DNA of 38,221 bases from Trichinella spiralis (lineage: Eukaryota): contig NW_003526941.1 in NCBI RefSeq assembly GCF_000181795.1, positions 8,906,858-8,945,078 on the forward strand, read 5' to 3'. This document shows, one piece after another, positions 25,201-37,747 of the stretch. Each line of letters starts with the position of its first letter. Position 1 is the stretch's first letter. A model generated the notes under the pieces. The model ran no database searches and was not told the DNA's origin. It saw only the letters and a program-made list of their open reading frames with translations. The position numbers and the translations under genes were made by a program.

Positions 25201-27339
25201 ATGATCCTCAAGCATGGTCGATGATTTGTAAAAGTTTCAGCAACATCCACAAAGCATCTGAATTACGCTTTAAGAGGTTGCGACAATTGAAAGATCAGTT
25301 GGAAAATTTGCCGTTTCAGGAACATTGTTCTTTGAATACTTCCATTTGTTCAAAGATTGAAGAATGGAAAAATGAAAATTCTTTTTCACGTATCGTATAT
25401 CCTCCTCGGTTGTTTGAGACTGATGTAGAGAATAAGCAACCGTCCGTGAAACGTGACGCTCAGCGACGTCTCAAGCAGTATGTACAACAGTTTAAAGAGC
25501 CACGCATAATTCAAGTTGATCGTATGTTATTTGATATTTTTTACTTGAATTATTTTTAAATTTATGAATATTTTTAGCATTTCTATTTGAATGCTCATCA
25601 AAGGGCACTAATGATGAAACGGCATCTTTGTTTCGACAAACATTTTCTATGCCACAAAGCAGTTCAGTTTTACCAAAAGAAAAAATGCTTTTCACAAAAC
25701 CGACTGTTCGTTCTCCTGTGGTTTTAAAAGTTGAAGATGCACATCCAACTGTGGAAAAACGGCAAAATGTTACAACAGTGCAGTTGTCCAACAAAGCAGA
25801 TTTGACTTCCATCGGCAAGCAGGTTGTTGGAAAAATGCCTTCAACTCCAAGCAGTACGAAGGACGAAAATGTAAATTTCAAGCCAGAGGTGTCGAAATTT
25901 GTAACTGCACTAAAACATGAAGAACCACCGCTACTGACGGCAGAAATTGCCCCTACAATTTCGGTTGGAAAGTCGCTTTTTGAAACCGAGACAAAAAGTG
26001 AATTTAAGCCAGCAGAGTTCAAGTTTGTGCTTCCTACACCTGTCCAAACTTCTGTCGAAGAAACTGAAATCAGTGAAACGTTATCTACTGTTTCGTTTGC
26101 CGGTGCAAAAGTTTCTCAATCATGTGAAATTGAAGACAAACCGTCTGTAAAGAATGATGCGATATTGACAGCTAAACTTTCAGCTGACAAAGCTAATGAC
26201 AAGGATGAGAAGAAAGTGGTGAACGGTGCTGCAGTTGAAAATGAAATGCCCAACAAAACTGTGGAGCAAGCAGCAGTTGAGCAGCAGCAATCTGCAGACG
26301 AAACTGTTGTGGATAGTAATAATTCACAGCCGTCAGCGGTGCTTGTGGATGAGAAGAATGAGGATGTGGAAAAATTGGTTGAAGAAGTACCAGCAGTTGC
26401 GAAAGAAGAGAATACAGTGGATATGGACTCGGAGGTAGCTGCGCCTCCGGTTGATATATTCAATGGATTCAGTTTCAAGGTAAATCAAGAGCCATCGGTC
26501 GGGTCTGATTTTTCTTTCTGCGGTTTGGGTGGCAAACCAACGCCCGAAGCTGCAGCCAGGAATGTGTTCGCTGGAAATACTTCTTTCGGTACTGCCGTGG
26601 TGAGCAAACCGTCTTCCACTGTTGCTCAGCCGTCATCTTTGGGCTTGTTCGGTTCAGCTACGACTTTTACTGCTCCATCCGGACCCAGCCTCTTCGGAGG
26701 TCAGGCTACGGTTTGTGATCCCGGACCTTTCAGCGGCGGCAGCGGTAGTGAATCAATAGCTCAGAAAGGCTTTGCGGTCTTTTCTACGTCAGTTTCGACC
26801 GCGTCAGTCTCGCCGTCAGCTCCAGGTAATTTTTCCCCCCATAAATTTCATCGCATTATTGCCAAGCTGTCGTTTTTTTTCAGCTTTCGGTTCAACGGGG
26901 GCTTCTGCGTTTGGCGGACCACCGACTTTTGGTTCAGCTCCCACTTTTGGCGGCAGCCCGTCATTCGGCGGCGCTCCAACATTCGGCGCCTCGTCGTCGC
27001 CCAGTTTCGGTTCCCCGCCGGCTTTTGGTAGCACTTCTCCACCAAAGTTTGGTCAGGGTCAAGGTTTGTTCGGCTCTTTGACGTCGTTTAATCAGATCAG
27101 TCAGCCAGCTACTGGATTCTCAACGTACATGTTTATTTATTTGTACAGTATATTGGTAATGAGAAATTTGCATATTCAGATTTGCCAATGCGAATTCAGT
27201 TAGTTTCGGTGCTTTGGCGAGCACTTTTGGCGGTGCAAGTCAAACCAATCCAGTCAGTAACACTGCGCTACAGCAGCAACAACAGCCACAACAACAACAA
27301 CAACAGCAGCAGTCTAGCTTTACTCAGTGGCGAGGTTGA
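22220..27339 (+). CDS. npp-14: Nuclear pore complex protein Nup214/CAN (NPP-14), about 15 coding exons
   Basis: N-terminal beta-propeller exons (22287-22416, 22544-22752, 22822-23020, 23085-23216 and following) encode MTISQKYGILFVA, DFRWNPN..VVLNDGTLSV and WEPLGKRLVAGLSNG, matching recalled Nup214 motifs (LAVSNKYGLVFA, DMKWNP..LADGSI, WSPKGKQLAVGKQNG). These are followed by a central coiled-coil region, a low-complexity S/T/P/E linker, GLGGKPTPEAAARNVF, FG repeats (AFGGPPTFGSAPTFGGSPSFGG) and C-terminal SFTQWRG-stop at 27337-27339. The start (ATG 22220, MRST|gtgagt) is less certain. Confidence 0.92.
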
Positions 27340-27560
27340 TTGAAATCGAAAATTGAATATGAAATGTTTTATTTATAAGCAATTTATTAAAAAACAGAAA
27401 ATCATTTAAAATTTAATATTTGTTGTTGTCGATGTTTTCAGAACTATTGAACTTGAGTGATTTTTTTTCTGTGAATTCAAATGCGTTGAATATTTTATTA
27501 AAATAATTGGTTGTAGAAAAAACATGATCATTTCTTCTTTCTGTTGGCAATCAAACCTAG

Positions 27561-28968
27561 TCATCGTTGGTAGTCTTGGGCTAGAATTGAAGAAACGTTG
27601 AACATGTTGGTGAATATGAACGATATGATTATGGCAATGCGCGTCGGCAAGTAAGAGCACGGAATCCATAGAAAGTACGCATCCCAGCCGACAGTGTAAC
27701 GATAGCGGGGAAATCTGGAGACGATGGCTTCGAAATAAGCTTTGGTCACTACTTCGGTCTGTGTGCTGCAGAAGGTGCTCAGGAAATTTTTGTACCCTTG
27801 ACAAGCTGAAAGACAGAGAGATGCGCTTCGCTGTTCTATCGAGGAAGAATAAGAAAATCGGTTACCTTCTAGCATATTTTTTCGTCTTTTCAATTCGTCC
27901 ACGTCGTCGGCTGGTGGCTTTTCTTTTTCGGCCCATTCGTCCATTTGGTCGCCCGTGTTGGTAAGTGGGGTGTGGAAAAATCCCGGTTCAATTATTATGG
28001 CGGATGTTTTCCGATGAGCCAGTTCTTGTCTCAGCGCTTCCACGTATCCGGAGATGGCGTATTTGCTCGCCGTATACGGACCCAACATTGGCATGCCGAT
28101 TCGTCCCAGCACGCTGGACATGAAGATGATTCTTCCGGCACTTTTCTGCACCAGATGCTTGAAAGCGTGCGTTACGCGAACCGTACCGTAGAAATTTACC
28201 GACATTGCTTGCATGTAATCTTCCGCTGTGAGCCAATCGTCCGGCTTGGTATAGCCCAAAATGCCGGCATTGTTCACCAACGCCCACAATTCTGAAACAG
28301 CAACAAAGTTAACTTGAACGTGAATCGACTGAATAAAAGCAGACGACAATGGTGATGATAATGTTTTTTACAAATGAAAGTCAACATAGAACCAGATCCG
28401 AGCCCAGACATACAAGGTAAGCAGTTTGTTTTTGAAATTTTACAACAATAGCGAAGCTATTTTGTGCGCGATTTGTATAAGTGATTTATTTGTAAAATGA
28501 AAAGAATGTAAAAACTAGTTTAAACGAATGTTACAAGAGGCTTCATATGTGTGTAGTATATATTCGTTGATTTGATTGATTGAAAATTGAAAAGCCAAAG
28601 CGAAACTTACCGTACGACCCGAGGTTGTTTTTGACAAAATTGTACGCCTGGTCGACACTGTCCTGGCTGGTCACGTCGAGCTGTATAACCCAACTGGGGC
28701 TGGGCGAGTCGATGGCCGCCAGAGCGGTGGTCACTTCGTCGACGGCTTGCTTGGACTTGCATGTGACGAAGGTCGGTATGCCGTGCTGGACCAAGTGGAG
28801 GGCCAAATTTCGACCGAAGCCAGTATCACATCCGGTGATGAATACCGCCTTTCTGTGCAAGTTGTCGACGACGAACTGGCGTCTCAGCAACGTCTCGACC
28901 AGCTTGCAGGCGACGAACAGAATTATACAGCCGACGACGAATTGTGAACTGCCGTCGAATGGGTACAT
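27561..28968 (-). CDS. Short-chain dehydrogenase/reductase, retinol dehydrogenase/17beta-HSD6-like (nematode DHS-2/DHS-16/DHS-20 group)
   Basis: Exons 28968-28611, 28291-27866 and 27805-27561 with GT-AG phase-1 introns. Motifs: N-terminal membrane anchor, KAVFITGCDTGFG (cofactor binding), QLDVT, LWALVNNAG, catalytic SS..YTASK, IIEPGFF and PRYRYTVGWDA. Confidence 0.94.
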
Positions 28969-29808
28969 GATATCATGTATTTGAAGAGGGGGAAAAATTG
29001 TTTCTCCGTTGACTGATTTCAACACGACAACGCACAGATAAAGCCGGCTGCCAACGTCTACTGTTGTGATGAGCAGCACGTTTGTCTTGTCCGTCCACTG
29101 TTGGACGAGATTTCCAGTTTGATTTTTGTTGCCAGCTGACCTCGACCTTTGCACCGGGACGTGGAAATAGCCGAATCGACGACATTGAAGACGTCTGGGT
29201 TCAGTTGGAAAAAATTCCCAACCAACCAACCAACCAACCAACCGGCTTTGCTTTTCTAGGTGAACTGGTTGCATGGTTTCTTCCGTCGGGTGGGGCTTTA
29301 TTTTATTTATTTTATTGTATTCCATTCAAATGTCCACACCAGTCCATAAGTCCTCTTTGGCCACGATCTTTTCAACCCCTTTGAATGGAAATGAATTGTC
29401 GTCGATTTTATTGATTTTTTGTCATCAATAATGGAAAAGCAGAAATTTTTCCACTCTCAACCGAATCTTGCTTGCATCGTCGTCGTCAAATTTGTACGGC
29501 AATGTAAAAGTTAACACACATATATATGTATACATTCGCGCATTATTTACCAATATAATAATATATCAGCGTAGAATCGGACGGGAGGCGGCTACTGGTA
29601 AAACGGTTCCAAACCGGTAGTTGGATTTGTTCCAAATTGTATAATATTAACCTGATTTTCTTGGCAATTCATTTCTCTCGTTTGCTTCTTTTTGAACATT
29701 AATTATTAATACATAATTAATGCGACGATCAATTTCAAATATGACGAGTACAACATTTAACACTGTTGTATCACCCAGTTTAATCTTTGAACATTGAACA
29801 ACCGAGGT

Positions 29809-29829
29809 CATCATCATCATCATCATCAT
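29809..29829. repeat. (CAT)n microsatellite
   Basis: Direct reading of tandem CAT units. Confidence 0.85.
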
Positions 29830-32636
29830 TACGATCATCTTTTGGCAACTTTTCTCTTCTCTCGCCTTATCTTTTCTGATTGATTAATGTTCGAATAGTT
29901 TCAATTACGTTTGATCAGTTCAATTATTCTTTTTTCCAAGCGTCAACGTGAATTCTTTTTCTTTTCAATTTAATGCAAATTAGCTTATTTTGCCAACTGT
30001 ACTATGTTTAATGGAGACGTTTGTCATTCTTGAACAATTTCAATTAGGCAAATGTACGTGACAAACATTACTTTGTCGAGCATTACTCCCTTCTTACGTG
30101 TCTGATCTGAAAAGTTGCAATGAAGTGAATTATTATTGTTGCTGTCGTTTTGATTTATTTTTAAATGAATAAGAAAGTAGCAAGTGAATAATTTTGAAAA
30201 ACAAAAAATAACTGATGCCATTTTTGATATTATTCATTCTCTTCGGATGAGCATTTCCCAATTTTGAAGTCACCTTGTAAAACCTTTTCAAAAACATTCT
30301 CTCTGCACAATTCAAATTTTGCCATTTTATATAGTACTTGCTTGTCAAAATGTGACAGTACTATTGTAAATTTTTGAATTGTTGAATATTTTGTTCGCTC
30401 GTCATTTTTTACCATTCTCTGACCCTCAATGGAACATAAGTACAGTGTTATCATCGGTATTTTAAAAATTTTAAAAGTTTTGATTTGGAAAAAAAAAATC
30501 TTCATTTCGAATTATTTCTAAAGGTGATTTTTTTTTTCTTTTGTGTACAGTTCATCTAATTCAGATTTGAAATGTTTTTTTAATAGCAAATGTGGAATTT
30601 TGAAAAAAAATTGAATATTCTTTTCCAGAAGAATTTGTGTGTGTGTTGTTGTGGTTGTTGTTTGTATTTGAGAATTTGTGTTATTTTATTTATTTAATTA
30701 ATTGATTGCTTAATGTATTTATGTGCAGTGAAGTTTAATCATGATATCGTGTTTTATGTTGTATATCATGTTTTTTTTCTCATGCATGGTGTTGCAAAGC
30801 CGAATGTTGCTCATTGCAACTGCCAGTTTTTTTTCATACAGAACTTTTGAACAGTTTGTATAGCCTATTTTTGAAAACTTAAGCTTCAGATAATGCTTGT
30901 GTGTTTGATTAGCTTGAACTCAAACAGAATAAATAGTTTACGCTTTTCTGCTACTACTAATTTATTCTTCTCCTTCGTGCAGTAGTATGTTGGAATTTTT
31001 GTGATAATCTCTGTATGATAATCGGTCAGAGAATCAGTTGTTGAATACATTCAGTCAAGAGGTCAAATTTGTTTTATTATTTCAAAATTGTTAATTTTCT
31101 TAAAAAGAATTCTTTTTTTTTGTTTCAAATACTTTCACAACTGTTTCTGCAGTATATTTTATAATATTTATTATTGATTTCATCTGGCTATGGTTATGAT
31201 TATTATTTGATGTTCTTAAACGGCATTGGTTTATCATTTCAAACTACTACTACTATTCAATAACTTAACTGAGAGCAAACAACTGAATTACTCATTTCTC
31301 TCTGGTCGCTGTCTTAGCTTGCTTGCTTACTGAGAGAATGCTGAACTTTTTTCTTCCTTCTTGCCCATAGCAATAAAAATAATCTCTTCTAGAGGAAAAT
31401 CTACTTTTGCGCTAGGCTATTATTTATTACTTATTAGTTGTTAATGGTCGGGCAAACGGGCATGTTTGGCACACATGTATATAAATTATGATGGAGCGAG
31501 CAGTGTATTTTATATCAACAATGGTCGTTTGATACGCGGCTGTGGTGTTTTGCAATGAAAAATGCTGGATGACGTTGATGCTGATGATGATCACAGAGAG
31601 AGCTAGTGAGAGTGAGTGGTTGTAGGATGAAGATGAGGACGTGCTGAATGGTGATGATTTTTCGCTAATCCTTCCGAGCGAACGGATGTGAGCTGCGAGT
31701 GCTAAGCTGATATCGCAGCAGCTGCAACGATGCAAAGTTTTTTTTCTTCTTCCAAACAGCAGCAAGCTTTGTCAGTTGGCGTGCCGAGTCGAATAGAAAT
31801 TCGAAAGCTGGCAAGCTAGCAAGAGCATTGGCGCGAGTGATGTTTAAAGTCAAATTGTTCCATCTGTCCGGCTTGAGGTTGAAACGAAACACCAAGAAAG
31901 CTGAAAGCCATGCCATCATCGCCACAATTGACTTGGCAACCTTCCCATGGGTTTTTCTTTTCTCCGCAATCCGTCACAGGGGTATGGCATAATCATTCGA
32001 CCTGAATTCATCGAGCGGTTGGCTTTTGTAAAAAGCTGTTACCAATTCCAGGTGTAGCCTTTGGCCACCTGCCGTGCCCGGTTGCGCAACAGGCACGTCC
32101 TCAGCTTTGTCAGGTCAGGGCCATTTATACCCTGCTCTTTTTTCTTGGCTCCATGACCTTTTTGGGATATGCATGCATATATGTGTGTCCTGTCCTGTCT
32201 TGTACGATTTGTTTGTGCAGCAATACAATGCCAGAACGTGACTGACCAGTGCAAACAGTGTCGTGTCCTCATACGACTTCGGTCACACGAGGACAATGAC
32301 GGTACTCGAGCAGAGGAAGAAGCATTCGCCCTCCTCCCCCCCGCTGATACCAGTTGATCGTAGGCCATGTCAGGACATGAGCCGGAATTTTTTCCACAAT
32401 GATAATTGACGACAATTTGTTTTACTCGTATTGAGCACAATTTTTTCTCTTCATTCAAAATACAACAACAAGTGCAAACAAGGAGGGGTCTGGTGATTGA
32501 TGTAGGCAAATAAAATGTCAGAAAAAAAACGCAGAAGAAGCTGTAAAGCTTAAATAACAAAGAAGAAGAAAAATTTGAATTGAACAAACAAAAAATAAAT
32601 AAATAAACAAACCAAAAAAATAACAACAAGAAATTG

Positions 32637-33426
32637 TCAAATTGGTGATTGCACGTGACTGAGCAGCAGACAGTGCAGTCGAGCTGTTTCGTTTTTCAGT
32701 ACATTCAGTTGAGCTTTGAGTTTCAAATTTTCCTGTTCAAGCATCGCTGCCCGTAAAGCGATTTCTTCTTCTTTTGCCCGGCGTGCATCTCTCGAACGTT
32801 TGGCCGCTTCGTTGTTGCGTCGTCGACGTTCCCAATAAGCTTCATCCTTGACAATAGCCTTCATTTAATTTATTCATTTCTTGTACAGCTTAATTATTTA
32901 ATCAACAAGTTGTTCTTACCTTTGTGGAATCGGATGATGATGATGATGATGATTTTTGTTGCTTTCTGGTCAAAGTTTGCTGTTGAGCGTGTTGGTTACG
33001 TTTCGCATCGGCACGTCGACGACGTTGCAAAGCCGACATTGCCAAAAACGACGTGCCTGCAAGCATCATCGCGTGATGCTGAGGTTCTCCAGCGAAAGCA
33101 CTGGCCAAGATACTGCTATTTATTAGCTGCTGTTGGAGCTGTTGCAACTGGTGCTGCTGGTGCTGGTGTTGTTGTTGTTGATGATGATGATGATGTGCTG
33201 CATCTTGTTGCTGTTGTGATGACGCAGGTAATGATGAAGCTGAATTTTGTCGTTGTTCTTCGGCAGCATTTAACAAAAAGCCGAACGGCCTGAACAAAGC
33301 CAGTGGGGTGGTGATTGGAGTGGGACTTCCAGAAAATGACGACGTATTTTCGCATTTGACTTCAATTGAATCTTCTTCGTCGGCTTTTTTCGTCGAAATA
33401 TTCAACACATCCTCCTCTTCTTCCAT
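32637..33426 (-). CDS. ces-2: PAR-family bZIP transcription factor, CES-2-like (2 coding exons)
   Basis: Exon 33426-32920 is acidic and polyQ/polyH-rich and ends AAG|gtaaga (phase 0). Exon 32858 or 32846 to 32637 encodes [54 protein letters not shown], the PAR-bZIP basic region and leucine zipper. The family call is firm. Orthology to ces-2 is from recalled similarity only. Confidence 0.88.
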
Positions 33427-36400
33427 GCTTTTTTTTAAATTTTCTTCCTAACGACAGCTTTTTTCCGCTTTTCTCTTGTGAATTCTTCTCTGCAAAATCA
33501 AATATGCAGTGGTTGCGCTAAAATGTCCACTTGGAAACGATCCTCAATCACTGTGCAGCTAGCAAATGACCCGACAGCAGCCGCGCGAGTCGATCAACCC
33601 AAAGCCCCATTTGATGACCACTGGTCGATCGATTTGATTGGCTCGCGGCAACAGTTGACTCCGCCGGGATGAAGCAGCCGCGCGAGCCGAAGCTTGCACA
33701 ATGTGGCAACGGGCGGCCGGGTTCCTCTCGGCCGTGATGTCACCTGACCCGGCCCAAGCCAAACGGCAGGCGTTGTTGCGAAATTTCACCTCTTCAAGCA
33801 TCTCTTCTTCAACGGGCTCATCATCTGAGAAAGGTCATCTCCAACATGCAAGCCCTTCGAAACTTCAATATGGGAAATGAAATTTTCATCTCTCAACATG
33901 CACCTAATCCCAATAATAACAGTAATGAATCTATTTATCAATTTTTGTACTCATTCTCCGCTGGCGCAAACTGTTGGACTGTATTCTGCTTCGTTGATTT
34001 GTTTCCTATTGAGTAATTTTCATTTTTAAAAAGAAGGACTGACTTTTTTCAAAAAAAACCTTGTATGCATATACTAATCACACACACGTCATTTTTTATC
34101 AACTTATTTTTATATTCAAGTGAAGAAACAAATGAACATGACGACGTCTTTACGAATCATTCAACTGTTTGTCATGCTCTGGCAAAGCTTGAAAAAAAAC
34201 AAGAGGATTCAGAATATATTATGTGAAAGTAAAAATGTTTGTTGAAATAATTTAACATTGAAATATATTGATGATCGATCGTTTAGTGAAAAGTTTTCAT
34301 TCATAAATTTCTATTCTACATTTGTAGTCGACGTCAATTTGCAGTTTCAATTATATGCAAGTTAGTTCATTTGTGTTGAACAGTTGAATAGTTGTCATTT
34401 TTAATCGAAAATATTAAATATCCACTTCTATATTTGAAAAGCGAAAAAAGAAAAACTATTTCATTATGATAACTGACCTCTACACTAAACGCCCATTGGT
34501 GACATATACAATGGGTTACCAGGGAAAGGGTAGCGCTTTTCATTGACACAAAACGACCTCATTTGACTGTTATACTTTTATTACTTTTTTTTGATTTTTC
34601 TTTTAAAGTTGATAATTTTAATATAAAATTATAAAATATTGATTGTCTTTTCAAATTTCAATGTGCTCATAAAGAGAATGAACTTTTTTTCTTTTTCTTA
34701 TATAACTTTCAGTATGCAATTTTGGAAGCATCTGAATTTCATATCAGCAATTTTCGAATGTTGAACAGCTTTCAGCAACAGAAAATTAATGATAAAATGT
34801 TTGCAGAATATTTAGAATTTTTGCAATTCATTTTCCATTTTTTAACAGCAGATACATTAATTATACTTCCGCGTAAAAATAGAATTGCTCAAAATTTATA
34901 CTCAATCAGTTAATTATTGGATTTACATAAATAATATTTTAAAAAATAAAACGAAATCATTTTAACGACATTTGAAATAAAAGTTGTAAAATAATAAACC
35001 AAATTTATCAACTAATGCGCACTGTATTGGTGGCGAGTTTATTTCAAAAGAATATCACGCTATTTTAAATTTTATTTTTAATTTATATTTAAAATAAATA
35101 CAATTCTGCTTTGATGTAGATATTATTTTGAATTTTTATGACTCACATACAATATGGAAATTAATGTAATTATTGAATTAAAAGAAATCAAGTTTCATCA
35201 TATTAAAAACTTACTGTGAAATACAGTAATACAATTTGTTCATTGGTGTTTTATGAAGTTTTGTATGTTTGTCGTTTGAATGCAGTGCCATTTAATAATT
35301 TGCAGCATATTTGCTAGTTAATTCGACATTCACTTTCAGTTGATATATTTTCCAGCTGAAGTCTATCAGTGGAACTTCAAATCCAGGTAATTATTGTGTT
35401 CATTTTTCACTGCCTAAAATAAGCTTATTAGCTTTATTTATGCCAGTTTAGTGGATTATTCATTGATAGTTGTTTTTTTGAGAGAGGTGGATCGAATGTA
35501 AACATAGTGAAAGAGAAGATTTTCGCAGTATTATTTCAAATTTGTGTTATCAAATTTATTTAAATTTACTGTTCAAACCGTATTTTCGATGCAAAATTGT
35601 TGTTGCTAGCTGAACATTGAAATTGTTTTTTCCAAATTAAGTTTGGAAGGGTTTGAATGGAAAATGTGGCATTTCAACTGCTTTCCTTGTAGAAAACGGC
35701 AACTGAAGTGATTAGCCGGTAAGTTCGATTTTCAGTGTGAAATACAGTAGTTGATTAGTTTGAAAATTTAACTGTTGACTGACACACTCATTTGAATTCA
35801 TCGGAGGAAGAATATATATTTTTTTTCTAAAATCAAATCTGAAGCATGCTTTGTGCTTTTCCTTTTCTTATTGTTTGCTGTGGTTTGAATAGAAAAATAG
35901 GGCTAAATTTGTTTGCAGATTTTGTTCAAAATAACTTTATGTATTTTTTTTGGTGAATTGGCAGGTGGTGGTTTTGAGTGGGCCAATTTCCGTTTATTCA
36001 TAACAGTGTTGAAACTGTAAAATTTGATTTCTTTCAATTTCATTAGCTAATTGATTTTTTCTGTGGAAAGTTGAATTTTTACGTAATGTTCTGAAATTTG
36101 TGAAGAAATTTTCTACTTTTTAAAAAATTTCAACTTACTATTCTAAACTTACTTCTTCTGAATTGAAATTTCATGAGAGAAACGTTCAGCGTGATGTTGC
36201 AGAACATTTGAAAATGATATATTAATGTAAAACGTAGAGAATGGTGCAATGCAAATTGAAATTTGAATTGTTGATTTATAATTCGCTGTTTGTTTACATT
36301 GTGCAGTAGTTGTACAGACTGCTTGTGTGTTTGTTTGATGAAAAATGTCCTGCTTTATTGATTGTCGAAGAGATTATGTTAATTTATTTTTTTGACAAAG

Positions 36401-37728
36401 ATTTAGTGTCGTCATTGTGTTGTTTTTAATAATTGTCTCATTTTAATTTGTTAATAATTTGTCTAGAATATATAGTAGGATCGATTTCGGATAGTCAAGT
36501 TCGTTTGTATTAGATAATTATATGACGTTCTACTGAGCAGAGAAAGTGTTTGCTAGTTGTAAGGGGAACAGCTCATCGTTTAATATTATTAACTTCTTTA
36601 TGCTGTATTGTCAGTGAATTAAGCTTTGAGAAAGTGTGCCATAAGTGGTTATAATTTACGTTTCTAGTTGAAATTGCGTTACCTGAAAATTGAACTTTTA
36701 TGAAACTCAGAGTTTTCATCTTTGCTAACTTCTGAATATAATCCAAAAATTAGGTTATTCTCAAAAATATGACTAGTGGGTGCCACCAGCCTGTTTGAAA
36801 AATGGGACAGTGAAGTGGAAATATTTTAATGCAACACACAATTACGAATGAATAAATAATTTTTATCCCATTATAGTCAGTTACGTATTGTACATTTTAT
36901 GAATATATGAAACAGGAAATTTGAAACAGGAAACACTGCAGAATGTTATTGCATAACGAACATCTGAACAAGCGAAGGATAATGAATATTAGTCAGCGAT
37001 CGTTTCATCTTTTGACGAAATTTCTTTCGATCATGTTCATGATTTTATTATAATTTTTTAGTTAAATGTATTGTTAAATTTTGTTTGGCGATATATGTAT
37101 AGTTTTTTATGTGTATAATTGCATATGCATAAAAAATTGTTTAAAATTGAAAATTTGAATTTTGATCATCTACTCCGCTGATGAAACGACTGCGAACCAA
37201 CAACAGAAATAAATCATCAATATTCAGCATTCATTGAGAAGAAAATTTTCAAGCAACTTGGCAGAAGGGAAATTTGAATAAAGCATTTACAGAGAAAATG
37301 ATAGATTTTCTTTTTGGCACATTTAAATAACTCTGAATATCGATTATCATGCGTAAATGTGTCCAGTTGAAATTGTCGAATGATTATCTTTTTTTTTCAA
37401 TTCTTGTTCTTGTTGGGTGGTGGTAGTTGTAGAATGAAAAAAAAATTATTTGTTTTATATATTTGAAATGTTCAGTAGGAGATGATTTGCATATTGTTTT
37501 TGTAAAATGTGGAACCATTGTTCAAAGATGTGAGTTTCGCAGGCCAAATATCAAAAGTGCAAAGGCCAAGCAAATACGTTAAGTAAATATGTTTTGTTGA
37601 TTTCTTTTCTATTGGCTACACGTGTAATAATTTTTCGGTCAACTCTGGGCAGACAATACATGTGCAAAAGTGGTGGGTGTGGGAATATGTTTTACTTTTT
37701 AATCCAATGCATGTTGATTAATTTTTTT

Positions 37729-37747
37729 CAATCAATCAATCAATCAA
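37729..37747. repeat. (CAAT)n short tetranucleotide repeat
   Basis: Direct reading: caatcaatcaatcaatcaa. Confidence 0.75.

Noticed and set aside
25492..26478. Minus-strand ORFs of 176 and 120 aa
   Set aside because: Antisense shadows of the long Nup214 exon.
28969..29325. 119-codon in-frame N-terminal extension of the SDR
   Set aside because: It includes simple-repeat-derived sequence and has no SDR similarity. The family normally starts at the membrane anchor after ATG 28968.
32039..32629. 196-aa minus-strand ORF right after the bZIP stop
   Set aside because: It has a non-ATG start and a low-complexity T-rich 3' UTR-like beginning, with no domain.
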